DNA of 64,000 nt from the human T2T-CHM13v2.0 reference genome, Homo sapiens. A model generated the notes under the pieces. It ran no database searches. It was given only the letters and a program-made list of their open reading frames with translations, and was not told the DNA's origin. The stretch is from NCBI RefSeq assembly GCF_009914755.1, contig NC_060927.1. The stretch is one strand, 5' to 3'. This document shows, one piece after another, positions 29,338 through 43,634 of this stretch; position 1 is the first letter of the stretch, and each line of letters opens with the position of its first letter. The position numbers and the translations under genes are program-made.

Positions 29338-30875
29338 GAGTAGTTGGAGGTTAGAACAATATTTATTCTCCCACTTTTCAACTTTTGAAATTTTCAGACA
29401 AAAAGAGACTGCTCCCTGGCTGGCTCTCCTTTACTGGAATGCAAGTTTCAGTTAGAGCAGGACATGTGTTTCAGCACGGTACACAGGGGCAGGCACAGTG
29501 CAGGGGCTCGATGTGGCTCCTCCGTGCACACTTGTTGAATGGGAGACCTTCAAAGATCAGATAACAGTTTAAATAAATGATCTCCAAGCTGACTCTTCTC
29601 TTTTCATGCTGACTCCCCTTTGTATCTGATGGGGACACATACTTGAAATTTCTCCAGACATGCTCAGCTGAGCCCCTTATAACTCTCCTTTTGTCTCTAT
29701 TGACTCTTTCCCATGGGGTCCCAGGGAGGCTAAATGGAACTCCAGGGAGTAATGTGGTTACACCCTCTCTCCTTACTGCATGCTAGAATTTGCTCAGAAA
29801 ATAAGTAAATTTGTAACTAAACTAGGGTATCTTCATGACTTCAGTTGTTCTATACAGATAAGGCTAAAGATATTTTAAAAAAATAAAAATAAAAAAACAA
29901 GCCGACTCTTGTTCTCCCGCCCCTGTGAATGACGGAGTTTTCCTTTCCTCCACACTACTCAGGATGAGTGCACCTGGGCCCTGGGAAACCTCACCTACAG
30001 CAGAGCTCTTAAGAGACAAGATTTTCATTTTTCAGGTAGCAAAATGAATACAAGTTTGTGGTTACATAAAAACATGGTAACACATGGAAAACAGAGAAAA
30101 ATGCCAGTCACACAAGTAGAAACACTGAAAGCACTGCCTTCCCATGGAAAATAGATAACCAGCATCAACTTCCTGGCATATCCTCTCAAGAGTAATTTTC
30201 TAAGTGCTTATTTATGTCCATAAGCACAGAAATAGCAAGGATGCATTTTCAGGAGGAAATGTCTTTTAATCTGCCACAAACATTTACTTTAAAAAAAAAA
30301 GAGACAAATCTTTTTGTTACAGTAGGAAGAAAATGATGGTTTGTTAGTTTAGTTCACAGGTATAACCCAGCACTTAGAACAGTGCCTGGCTCAATAACCA
30401 CTTGTTTGAATGAATGAATGAATGAAAGCAATAACATCACTCTGTTAAACAAGAAAGCTGCTCAATATTGAGAATGTCTACTTGTTTATGTATTTTTCTT
30501 TCCTTGCATCATGTTTCCCTATGTGCAACACTTGGGCAATTCTTCATAATAAATGATAATCTCTCTCTTCAGGAAGGTCTTTAAAAGTACCTTGGGGTCT
30601 TTATGGTGAGCATGTCCAAGGTCTAAATCCAAAGTTTATGGAAGTTAATTGAAAAAGCCAACTCAATGGTGAGCCCAGATTTTTGTTTATTCAGAAATAA
30701 ACAAAACCTTTGAGTGTCTGGCCTGGTCAGAATATAAAAGACTAAAAAGCCGCCTTTTGGTTTGTAGGGAAGGAAAAATCTTCTACTCTCCTACCCTTCT
30801 AGGTTCTCAACTGAGTCCCTTGTAAAAAAATACAGACTAACAAAAGAGAAATATGGACATTTATGTACATTCATA

Positions 30876-30930
30876 TCTATCTATCTATCTATCTATCATC
30901 TATCATCTATCTATCTCTCTCTATATATAT
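30876..30930. repeat. (TCTA)n tetranucleotide STR within a probable LTR fragment (~30762-31020)
   Basis: tctatctatctatctatctatcatctatcatctatctatctctct. Confidence 0.85.
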
Positions 30931-31591
30931 GAGAAACTCAGAGAATAAGTAACACAAGGAAGTGGCTCTGAATTCAGACTTAAATACAATCTTCAGCTGA
31001 AAATAAAGAAGGGTGTGTGGATTCTCAAAGGCTTAGTCTTACTAGGTTGCTTGAGTGTCCTTTATTTTAAAGTGTGCATGGAGTGGGGTGAGGGATGGGA
31101 GTAGATTACAAAGTGGCATCACGTGTTTCCTGCCATCTTCTATATAGAATTCCTACCAAAAAAAATATTTAATCTGAATCTAACTGTGAGAAACAATCAG
31201 ACAAACCTGGATCGAGGGGCTGGGCTCCTTAAAAAATGAGCCAGCATCCCATGTGAACCACCAAGAACTGCAGTAAAGTTTAGAGGGCATTTTTTCTATT
31301 GGCTCTTATTTCCATTGTCTAGATTCTGAAAGTGAGCTTGCCAGAAATAAGCCTCTTTTGCTCTGGATATTAAAGTAATTTAATACAGAGCATGGCAAAG
31401 TCCCATTCATTACCTAATTAACAAGAACATTTCTCCTTGATTACAGTTTGTTGACATCATTACCTTAGACCAGAAGCCAAGAGAATGCAGCTGTCCCTAG
31501 AATGTATATTCCTGAGCTAATAGAATTAAAGCCAGATTCACACTGTGCATCTTGGAGTTCTCCCTTTTTTACTCCTAATCACCGGACCCTC

Positions 31592-31974
31592 TGTGTTAGT
31601 CCGTTCTCACACTGCTATAAAGAACTATCTGAGACTAGGTAATTTATGAAGAAAGAGGTTCAACTGACTCACAGTTCTGCAGGCTGTACAGGAGGCATGG
31701 CTGGGGAGGCCTCAGGAAACTTACAATCACGGTGGAAGGCAAAGGGGAAGAAAGCCTGGTCTTCACATGATGGCAGGAGAAAGAGAGTGAGGGAGGAGGT
31801 GCTGCCCACTTTCAAACAACCAGTTCTCAGGAGAACTCATTCACTCTCATGAGAACAGCAAGGGGGAAAATCCGCCACCATGATCCAATCACCTCCCACC
31901 CGGTCTGTCTCCCAACACTGGAGATTACAATTCAGCCTGAGATTTAGCTGGGGACACAGAGCCAATCCATGTCA
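31592..31974 (-). mobile_element. MSTA solo LTR with perfect 5-bp TSD
   Basis: ccctc|tgtgttagtccgttctcacactgctataaag...gccaatccatgtca|ccctc. Confidence 0.92.
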
Positions 31975-32344
31975 CCCTCTCAGGCACTTACTGCCTGACA
32001 AGATATTGGCATCTTGGAGTTTTTCTCTATTCTCTCTGTTCAGCTCCACTGTGCAAAGTGGTCCTAGCCATAGAATAAAGGTGGTTTCCATTCAATAACA
32101 GTTTGAGATGTGGTTTCTCATAAAGCAAAGGAAGCACCCCCTAGTTCTAAAACGTATTTACTACCAAAAGTCTGAGGTGGAGAAAAGAACAAGAGGCACC
32201 CCTCCTTAAAGCATTGCATTGTACCATTGCCTTTGGAAAGCTAAAAATCTGCCATACCATTTTAACACTCAGAAATATGACCAAGGAGGACAGTTCAGTA
32301 ATCACAAGGTTTGGCTGGGTGAATTGTGTTTAGATTACTTTTAT

Positions 32345-32840
32345 TAGTTAATTAGTCCAACCCATATTTATTAAATTCCTGATATATATGGGAATTATGG
32401 AAGATACAGCTGTGAGTAAGAGAGTGGAGGTCACTGATGGGAATGGGCAGTCAATGGACAACTAATTATATAATTATCTATTTCGCTACTTAAATAGAAT
32501 TAAGAAAAGGGCTGCAAGAGGGATGTATATGATACCTTGAGAGCACGTAGTAGGAGGATCTATTCTATCTGGGGATACAGAAATGCCTCCCTAAAGCAGC
32601 AGCATTAACCTGGATTCTGAGTAGGAGTAGGAGTTGACCAAAAGGAGGGTGGAGGGCATGAAAGGTATTTCTTAAAAGAAGGCCAAAGTTTTGGGTCATA
32701 GAGTGCTTGGGGACACCTGGCAACTTGAGGTTAGCAGAGGTCAGAGGGGCTTGCAAGTAGATTTAAGTTTCTGGATTTAACCCTGACAGCAATGGGATGC
32801 CACTGAATGGTTTACACAGGTGAGTGACACTGCAGAATAG
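32345..32840 (-). mobile_element. L2 fragment
   Basis: 'catattttattaaattcctg', 'ttaaccctgacagcaatgggatgccactgaatggtttacacagg'. Confidence 0.65.
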
Positions 32841-32859
32841 TGAGGCTGGGGACACTCAG

Positions 32860-33560
32860 AAATTACCTTTGTGCATAAAGCTTTGTATGCCATTCAGATT
32901 ACTTCATCAGGATATACTCCTAAATGGAATATTATTTAGGTCAGAGGATGTGAAGTGGCATTTTGTTATTGCTATCTTTGCATTTTATGGAAATTTTTAC
33001 ACACATAAAAAATGGAGAGAATGTACCTATTTCCCAGCATCAAAAGTGATCAGCATACAGTACAAGCAGTCACTTTCCATCTACTCTCCATGCAGGCCCA
33101 TCCAATCTCCAATGGATAATTTTGAAGCAAATTCTAGACATCGTTATTTTATCTGTAAATACTTTAATACATAGCTCTAAAATATGAAAATGCTTTTCAT
33201 TTTTTTCTTTATGATACCCTAATTACATCTAATAATTAATAATTATTCTTTAATATGGCCAAATATCCATATAGTGTGGTTTAAACATTTTTTAAGTTTT
33301 GGACACACGTTGTTAAACTGCTTTTTGGAAATTCTGAACAAATTTATATTCTCACCCACCACATTGGAGGCTGAGGCTCATCAAATCTCCATCAAACTTG
33401 AATATTATTTTTCTTACCTTCACCAGTTTCATAAATAAAAAGTGGTATCTTATCAAAGTTTGAATTTGCATTTCTCTAATTACCAGTGTGGTTGAACATT
33501 TTTCCATAAGCTTATGAATTATTTATATTTCCTCTTTTGTGCACTATCCGTTCCTGGCCT
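32860..33560 (-). mobile_element. Old L1M fragments (L1MC/L1ME)
   Basis: 'ttttatggaaatttttacacacataaaaaatggagagaat', 'gtggtatcttatcaaagtttgaatttgcatttctctaattaccagtg'. Confidence 0.6.
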
Positions 33561-33942
33561 TTACATGGCTACCAAGGGACCATCTGGCTTCTGTTTAAAC
33601 ATATCTGGTGACAAAAACACTACCATTTCCATTTCAAGGGCAGTAGTCCTGAAAAAGGGGCTATAATTGTTAGAAAACGCCTTATATTGAACTGAAGTCT
33701 TTTTATTAAGTTTAGTAACTTCTTAGTTCTATCAAGTGGAGCTTCCCAAAATGCCTTTCTCAGCAGATGACATCTTCTAAATGTTTGATGACAATTAGTA
33801 TAGTCCCCCAAATTCTCCAACCTAACATTCTAGTTCCTTTAACTATTCATTTACTGTAATTTCTAAGCTCCTCGTTATTGTGGTCATTCTCTCCTAGAAA
33901 CACTCAAGAGAATTGTGTTGAGAAACACTTAATGCGAAAATG

Positions 33943-34252
33943 TTTCTTTCTTTCTTTTTTTTTTTTTTTTTTTTGATACAGGGTCTCACTGTCACCCCGG
34001 CTGGAATACAGTGGTGTATTCATGGCTCATTGCAGCCTCGACTTTCCAGGCTCAGGTGATCCACCTCAGCCTCCTGAGTAGCTGGGACTACAGATGCGCA
34101 CCACCACCACAACCAGCTAATTTTTGTATTTTTAGTAGAGATGGGGCTCACCATGTTGCCCAGACTGGTCTCAAACTCCTGGGCTCAAGTGATCCACCTG
34201 CCTCAGTCACCTGAAGTGCTAGGATTACAGGCATGAGCCACTGCACCTGGCC
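33943..34252 (-). mobile_element. AluJ
   Basis: T-rich tail plus 'acagggtctcactgtcaccc...ctcctgggctcaagtgatcc'. Confidence 0.92.
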
Positions 34253-35722
34253 TAATGTTCCTAATAAAATGTCTTTCTCTGGCTCTGTATTTTTCTTTCT
34301 ACAAAATGGCTTGTAATGCAAAAGAGATAATTCTCTAATTCTTACCCTCTATTCTGTAAAACTGAGTACACTTCTGTATCTTTTAAGGTCTCAAGATGTA
34401 AGTCAAACTTTAACATAGAATTAAGCTTTTAGAATTAGAAAGAAACCATTGTAAATGATTTTATTTAATAAATACTACTGGGATATTTTTATCAAACTGA
34501 AATAGTATATTCAACGTGAGAAAGGTGATTTTTAAAAATTTTAAAAATAAACTAGTGCCAATTGCAGTTATTCGAGTGCTATACAAACCCAAGACACCAT
34601 TTTACACTGACAGCAGGTTTCTGCGTTACAGTACCGCTTCCAGTATACATTTTCTTAACCTTTAAGGATTCTGCAATAATTAGATTATGAAATATTTCTG
34701 CCTTATGTAGTGCCAAATTATTTTTTTTAAATCATAGAATATCAGCTAAGGAAAGCACTTTACAGACCCTTCCAGTCCACTCTCCTACCCCAGTTTTCCA
34801 GAGAAACAAGCTGAAGTTCAGGGAGGCTAAGAGCTGTTACTAAGGACACACACACAGAGTCAGGGCAGATTTTTGAAGCAGAAGTCCATTGGTCAATCTT
34901 TACTGTAGATGTTCTTCAGCTTCTGAAAGAGATTGGTCACCGTGATACAGGGACACAGGACCCCTTTGGATTCTCAAAAGGTTTTCCTAGATAAAGATAT
35001 AACAGGTGATAGAATCTGCCAAAATAACTATAGTGAGACAACAGGGAGGGGCTCATAGAAAACACCACTTTTAGATATTAATCATGAGGAATCTAGACAG
35101 GATTTTACTGTAGATTGTCTTTTCCAAAGAAAGCCACAACAATAAATCTTTAAGAAGTTTTTATCACCGTTAAATCTACAGATCTACAAGAAATAATAAG
35201 CTGTTGGTTTAAGCTATGAAAATCTGAGTGGTTTATTACATAGAAATAGGTCACTGGAACAGGTTAAGTCACCCCCAATTCTTATTTGTCTTTTTTTATA
35301 AACTGTTTCTAAATGAATAGGAATCATTAACAGAATGCTAGTGAACCGTGTGTAAATATATTTGGTTCCCTAATGCTAATGTTTAAAACCATTGACCCTC
35401 TTTCCCAACCCTATATATTTAGTTTATATGTTGTATTTCAATCCTTGTCAGAACCCTTTAAGAAAGATACTGGCATTCTCACTTCACAGATGAAGTACTC
35501 TAGACCGAAAGATAAGAAACACTCCTAGCAGGTAATGGGGCCAGATTCAGACCCACAGCTCACTAACTTTAAATCTGCAGTTCCTTCTACTTTCAAAATT
35601 GGCAAAAAGGCAAGACCTTCATTTGTTCTAAGAGAAGCCCTGGCTATAGTTGAACATTAGGAATTAGAAGCAACATTAGGGCCCATCAAGTCTATCTCTA
35701 CTGATAAATGGCAAAAACCATA

Positions 35723-36688
35723 CAGTTGACCCTTGAACAACGTGAGAGTTAGAGGCGCCAACCCCTGTGCAGTCAAAACTTCATGTATCACTTTTGACTT
35801 CCCCAAAACTTAACTACCAATAGTTCTGCTGTTTAGCAGAAGGCTTCCCGGTAAAATAAACACTCAATATTTTGTGTGTTATATGTTTTATATGCTATAT
35901 TCTTACACTAAGGTAAGCTAGAGAAAAGTTATTAAGAAAATCATAAGAAAGAGAAAATATATTTACTATTCATTAATTGAAAGTGGGTCATCATAAAGGT
36001 CTTCAACCTCCTCATCTCCATGCCTAGTAGGCTGAGGAGGAAGAAACAAAGGAGGGCTTGATCTGGCTGTCTCAGGGGTGGCAGAGGCAGAAGAAAATCC
36101 ACACATAAGTGGACCCACAAAGTTCAAACCCGTGTTTGTTTGTTTGTTTCCAGTTCCTATGGTTGTATTTAAACACAAATTAAACGTAGACATGAGCTGT
36201 TTGTTCATTTTCCCCGCCGCACAGCCTGGCATTAGGACTGGTGACTCTGAGGGCCAGCTGGGCTGCTCTTTCCACCATAGCTGTGCTGTTCTTGGAGGAA
36301 ACACCGAGTGATCTCAGCACGGTAAGATTTCTTGCACGGCAACAGCACTTCCAGTTCCTTGACACTGTGGATCAGGAACTTTCAGAAGCCGCTGAGCAGC
36401 ATGTGCTTTTTTGTTATTGTTGTTGTTACTCCCATAACCAATGTTGGGCATCAAGATCTGGCCCTTAAATCTTCTACGAACACTGTTGTCAATACCACGG
36501 GGTTTCTGCTTAATTTTGACATATCAGTCAGACTGATGCCAGATGAACGTCTTGGTCCTGGTTTTGATGATCATGGGCTTCGTGAGGAGCCCGAGTGTGG
36601 CCCTGATGCTAAGTGGGAGATGGCTGCCAACTGCATAGGCAGCGCCAAGGAAGAGAGCTCAAACCCACGTTGTTCAAAGATCAATTGT
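35723..36688 (-). mobile_element. Tigger2a (MER28), complete, with RPL32 retrocopy in its terminus
   Basis: ta|cagttgacccttgaacaac ... gttgttcaaagatcaattg|ta: both TIRs and TA TSD; body matches Tigger2a (ggctgaggaggaagaa..., ctcaggggtggcagagg). Confidence 0.88.
36137..36657 (-). pseudogene. RPL32P: Processed pseudogene of 60S ribosomal protein L32 (an RPL32P retrocopy)
   Basis: rc gives the 5'TOP 'ctctcttccttggcgctgcc' and an intronless coding region ([60 protein letters not shown]). Lesions: ATG>AGG at 36604-36602, premature TGA, 9-nt deletion, indels. Decayed (CAAA)n tail at 36137-36149; TSD present. Confidence 0.96.
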
Positions 36689-36759
36689 AATCATTTGACA
36701 GTGTTATTGTGAGGATTAAATAAGAAGTTGCATATAAGGCAGTAAGCGCAGTGCCTGTC

Positions 36760-37832
<1,073 letters not shown>

Positions 37833-37837
37833 AGTCA

Positions 37838-38257
<420 letters not shown>

Positions 38258-39072
38258 TCAGGAATTTTTAAGATGTAACATAAGAACTTTCCATTTTTAA
38301 GTTGTCAAAATAACAACTTCAATTAATTCCAGTCTGGGAAATCCTTACTGCAATAATTGTTGACATACCCAAAATGAAATCTGACCCACTCAATCATTTA
38401 TATCTTATTAAACCTGTAATCATGTCCTCATCAAATGGGTTTTAAATATGCCTTGTCATATCTTTGCTTTTTTTCTGACTTGCGACTTTGAGTACTTGCT
38501 GGCTAAATAGACATTGCAGCAATCATTAATCAGATTTACAGGTTCGAATCTCCTTCCTGGGAGATAGAAGTATCTTCTACAGGCAAAAATATGGACATTC
38601 CAACTCTCTCTCACTTCCCTGTCACCCCTACCTGTCTAGAGTTTTAACTGTCTTCATCTATTTTAAACAGAAGAAAGATGTTAGTGAGATATCTCCCCAT
38701 TAAAAATGATTTGCTTTCTTCCTCCAAGCAGAACCTAGCCCCTTGGGAGAAATTTTAATTTTTTTTTTAACAATGGCATTTTGTTTCTCTAAGAAAATAC
38801 TGGAGAGAAAAGGAAGGATCCATGTTTGCAAATAATAATTTTTAAAAACCACACTTCCAGGGAAAATGGCAAATGGAGTGCAAAGAGCTAGATGCATCCC
38901 TTTCCAAGTCTTCACTTAAATAACACCTAAGGGTTTGGGTTTTGTTTTGTATTCAAGCATAAGCCCATAAGGCTGTGGAGAACATGGGAGAGAACAACAG
39001 TAACAAAAGTACGAAAGCTCAGAAGCAAGACAGATAGCAACTGACTCTGAAGAGAGAAAACTGAATCCGGAG

Positions 39073-40021
39073 TGTATTCTTTTGCTAGGGCTGTTGCAAC
39101 AAAGTACTACAAACTAGATGGCTCCAGTAATAGAAATGTATTCTCACAATTCTGGAGGCCAGAAGTCCAAGATCAAAGCTTGGTCAGGGGTTGGTTTATT
39201 CTGAGGGCTGTGGGAAAATCTGTTCTAGTCCTCTCGCCTAGCTTCCGGTGGTTTGCCGGCAATCCTTGGCATTCCTTGGCTTATGAAACATCACCTCAAT
39301 CTTTGCCTTTGAGGTAGGAGGTAGGAACAACTCAGGAGGAAAGATCTGACTCTGGAGGCAGGGCTCGGACACTGGACCAAATTGAAGACTAGCTTTGAAA
39401 ACAGGGATGGAGTGGAAGCAGCTTTCTGTAAGACACACCCACCAGTGTGACATGTCAGTTTACCATTGCCATGGCAGCACCTGGAAGTTACCATCCTTTT
39501 CCATGACAACGACCTGATGACTCAGAAGCTACCACCCTTTTTCTAGAAATTTCTGCATAATCTTCCTCTTATTTTGCATATAATTAAAAGTAGATATAAA
39601 CATGCCTGAAGAACTGCCTCTGAGCTACTCTGGGCACACTGCCTATGGGGTAGCCCTGCTCTGCAGGGAGCAGTACCTCTGCTGATACTCTCTACTGCCG
39701 CTTCAATAAAAGTTGCTGTCTACCACCACCAGAGCTCACCCTTGAATTCTTTCCTGGGCAGAGCCTGCCCTGCATCCCCAAGGGGCTTAGCCTGCCCTGC
39801 ATCATCATCTTCACATGGTGTTCTCCCTGTATGTATGCCTCTGTGTCTACATTTCCCCTTTAAGGACACCAGTCTTATTGGATTAAGGCCCACTCTAATG
39901 ACCTCATCTTAACTAATTACATCTGTAATAACCTTATTTCCAAAGAAGCCCACATTCTGTGGTACATGAGTTAGAACTTCTATATATGAATTTTGAAGGT
40001 GACACAATTTAACCTCTAACA
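39073..40021 (-). mobile_element. MLT1C-like MaLR LTR interrupted by an ERV1 LTR
   Basis: 'tgtattcttttgctagggctgttgcaacaaagtactacaaact...ctggaggccagaagtccaagatcaa' resumes 'cttcacatggtgttctccctg...aaggacaccagtcttattggatta'; TSD cggag/ctgag. Confidence 0.85.
39310..39804 (+). mobile_element. ERV1 solo LTR (MER66B-like)
   Basis: TG...CA termini; 'tgaggtaggagg...ggacactggaccaaattgaagactagct', 'gcacactgcctatggggtagccctgctctgc', poly(A) signal aataaa. Confidence 0.72.
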
Positions 40022-40047
40022 CTGAGCCTATAGTGGGAAAACTGAGA

Positions 40048-40400
40048 ACCTGTCTCATTTAATCCTCATAACAACTCATTGCAATGGACATTATTCTTAT
40101 TTAGCAAACAAGAAGGCTGAGACTCAAGGAGGCTGAGTAATTTGTCCAAGCTGCCTTAAGTTATAAATGCAAACACAGAATTCAAATTCAGGACAGTTTG
40201 AGCCCAAAGTACATGTTTTATTTCTGTTATACTGCTTGCCTCAATGACTGGTTGCTTCAAGAACTGGGTAAACATCAGTAAGTTCCTTAAATTCAAATAT
40301 GATAAACAATATTCACTCTGCAAGACTACTTAAGAAAAGTTTGAAAGGTTTAAATGAGGTAACTTGTGAAAGTTTATTTGGGAGTCTGCATTGCTGTAGA
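40048..40400. mobile_element. Two MIR fragments in opposite orientation
   Basis: 'tctcatttaatcctcataacaac...ggctgagactcaaggaggctgagtaatttgtccaag' (minus), then 'ggtttaaatgaggtaac' (plus). Confidence 0.6.
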
Positions 40401-41529
40401 GACACAAAATATCCATCTATCCATGCAGAGAATCCTAACAGAAAAGACTATGCACACAGTTTTGGAAGGCTTTAGAGAACCTTAAAACATATTTGAGTTA
40501 CTTTATTCTACCTTATCACTGTTGAACTAGTGAATGGAAATTTGGTTGCTGCAGGTGGATGTGTCCTAGCCACATTTAGACCCAGAACGTCAGATACTTC
40601 TATGTCTTCCTGAAATGAAGTTTTGTAACTTCAAGTAGTGCTTAGCTCAGGGCAAGGTTCATGGCTCCTGCCTAACGATGTTGTGTGATAAGTGAACTAG
40701 TCAATAGATAAATACATCGATCAATCAAACAATTCTTAAATCAATTTTTAGATTGCAGGAAACTGTGAGACTCTCTAACCAATGTATGAAGAAATCCTCC
40801 TTTTGTACTTGCTTCTTTGGTATATAATTTAAAAATTCCAAAATATGTGGGCCTATTTGGAGATCCCATATAGGCCTGTCTTCTACAGGAGACCTACCAA
40901 TAGCAAAGAGACATCTGGTATTTTATTTCCATTGCAGATGGTTTGGAATTGGGCTTTTCCCCACTGTAGTAGGCATGACTGCATTTCCACAGAGACTGAA
41001 GTTTTCTCTATCTTTGCCTTTGTCACATAAAGATGGTCACAGGGTGTTCTACTGCAGTGCAAAGTACTGTCATGACTGCCAACAGGGAATGCAGCACAGA
41101 GGTTTCCCTGTTGGCTTCAAGAGTCCTAGGAGTGGCCTTCATTGACCAGGTTTATTCTTAACAAGAGTTAGCTATAAAACTTCCCTTAACAGGCTTTATA
41201 AAGGGCAGTGACTTGAGTCATTGAGTTCCCTGGCATGCTTATTTCTAAGGGGATGTAAATTTGGTGCTGTCTCGGTATTTGGCATCTATGAGGTTAACTG
41301 TTACAGGCTATAGCATTGATTTCTACATCAAGAAATTAAATGATTGCTAATGAGACATTTTAAATGCTATTTAGAATGAAAGATTGTTTCCTGATTTCTT
41401 CCTAGGGCAGGATGTGATTTCTAGAAAATTTGATTTTTGTTAGCTTAAACATATCTTTATTTTTAATTGAAATGTTTCTTGAGATAATTATAGATTCATA
41501 TGCAGTTGTAAGAAATAATGCAGAAAGTG

Positions 41530-41840
41530 GGCCAGGTGCAGTGGCTCACTCCTGTAATCTCAGCACTTCGGGAGGCCGAGGAGGGCGGATCACGAGATCA
41601 GGAGTTCGAGACCAGCCTGGCCAACATGGTAAAATCCCATTTCTACCAAAAATGCAAAAATTAGCCAGGCATTGTGGCGGGCACCTGTAATCCCAGCTAC
41701 GTGGGAGGCTGAGGCAGGAGAACCACTTGAACTCGGGGGGCGGAGGTTGCAGTGAGCCGAGACCATGTCATTTTACTCCAGCCTGGGTGACAGAGTGAGA
41801 CTCCTTCTCAAAATAAATAAAATTAAAACAAAAAAGAAAG
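41530..41840 (+). mobile_element. AluS (Sg/Sc-like) inside a short L1MC-like fragment
   Basis: Full dimer; flanks aataatgcagaaa / aagaatgcagaaa. Confidence 0.93.
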
Positions 41841-42109
41841 AATGCAGAAATTTTGCATACCTTTTACCTACTTTAAACATACCTTTTTAAGTGTTTTGGG
41901 GTTGTTCTTTTCATCTTTAGGTGATGAAATTATTTTCTTCTGACTCAGTACTATTGATATTCCATGTCTCCATGAATAATGCAGAAAACTTGGTCAACAT
42001 TTTACACTCTCTAGTCCTTATTTTTTTTAATATTTAAAAGGAAGAAGTTGCTCTAATTTATTCCTAAGGTTTCATCCAGTTCTGATATTCTATCAGAATC
42101 TGCAATTAA

Positions 42110-42388
42110 GATCTCTGACAAACCTATGGCCACCACTGTCTCTGTGTAGCCCATGAGATAAGGATGGTTTTTGCATTTTAAATAGTGGAAAAAAATCAAA
42201 AGAATAGTAACTTTTTGTGATATGTGAGAATTACACAAAATTCAAATTCAGTGTCCATAATAAAGTATTATTGGAACACAGTCAGGCTCATTCATTTACA
42301 TAGTATAATAGCTGCTTTCACATTACAATAGTTACAATAGAGACCATCTGTCTCACAAAGCCTAAAATATTTACTATCTGGCCCTTTT
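42110..42388. mobile_element. MER58 (hAT-Charlie)
   Basis: 'taaagtattattggaacacagtcaggctcattcatttaca...aagcctaaaatatttactatctggccc'. Confidence 0.8.
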
Positions 42389-43104
42389 TAAATCATTCAT
42401 ACCCTTTAACCCTGGAATGCTACTTCTAGGAATTTATCCTAAAGGAAAAGAAGAAATGTTCAACACTAGGAGATTCATTACATAAGATATGTTACCTTTA
42501 TCAAATGGAGAAGTATGCAGAACATGTTATATAAGAGTGTTTAATTTCCTACCTTGTAAAACTTTGTAGTTATTCTAGTGATAATTGTGTAGTATGTTTA
42601 TATTCACTTTAAAAGGAAGTCAGTTTCTGAGATACCATTTTGCATCTATCAGATTTACAAAATCTTAAAAATCTGAGTATTGGTAAAGAAACCAGAATTT
42701 TCATACACTCATGATGGGAGTGTAGTGTAAATTAGATCAGCTACATTAGAAAACAATTTTCCAATTTCTAGTAAAATTAAAAACACACTTATTCCCCATC
42801 ATGTCCATTTCTATGTAAATGTTCCAGAAAAATTTTCTCACATGTGCATAAGGATAAAAAATTAGGACAAAGATGTTTATAAACACAATTTTTAAAACTA
42901 TATAGGAACTAAAGAACTAGAAAGATTCTATATGTCTACCATTAGGAAGATGCATTAATAAAATTTATTTTATTCGTGTGAACTGTATACCATCAGGGTT
43001 AGATATTATAAAATATTACTAAATAAAAAAGTAAGGTCCAAAATGACATGTATAACATAATATTTATGCAAAAGTGTAACAAAAATCACAAAATATATTA
43101 TACA

Positions 43105-43445
43105 TAGTCAGCCCTCAGTATCTGTGAGTTCCACATTCATTAATTCAACCAACTGGAATCAAAAATATTCAGGGAAAAACGTGGATAAACATGTACAGAC
43201 TTTTTCTTTTTTCATCATTATTCTCTAAATAATAAAGTGAAACAACTATTTACACAGCATTTACATTGTATTAGGTATTATAAGTAATCTAGAGATGATT
43301 TAAAGTATATGGGAGGATATGTGTAGATTACATGTAGATTAATGCAAACATTAATACTACGCCATTTTAAATCAGGGACTTGAGCATCTGTGGATTTTGG
43401 TATCCATGGGATTGGGGGTTCCTGAAACTAACCCTCCATGAATAC
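43105..43445. mobile_element. MER2 (TcMar-Tigger), right end lost
   Basis: 'agtcagccctcagtatctgtgagttcc...gcatttacattgtattaggtattataagtaatctagagatgatttaaagtat...ggacttgagcatctgtggattttggtatcc'. Confidence 0.85.
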
Positions 43446-43526
<81 letters not shown>

Positions 43527-43634
43527 TCTCTCTCTATCTCTCTATTATATATATAAACAAACTCTCTCTATATACATATACTCTCTCTATATATTATACT
43601 CTCTCTCTATATATATACAGATATATAGAGAGAG
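43446..43634. repeat. Compound (CT)n(AT)n(AC)n microsatellite
   Basis: Seen directly. Confidence 0.95.

Noticed and set aside
36180-36712. RPL32 as a functional retrogene, and the antisense 126-aa ORF
   Set aside because: Start codon mutated, in-frame stop and frameshifts; the + strand ORF is only the antisense frame of the pseudogene.
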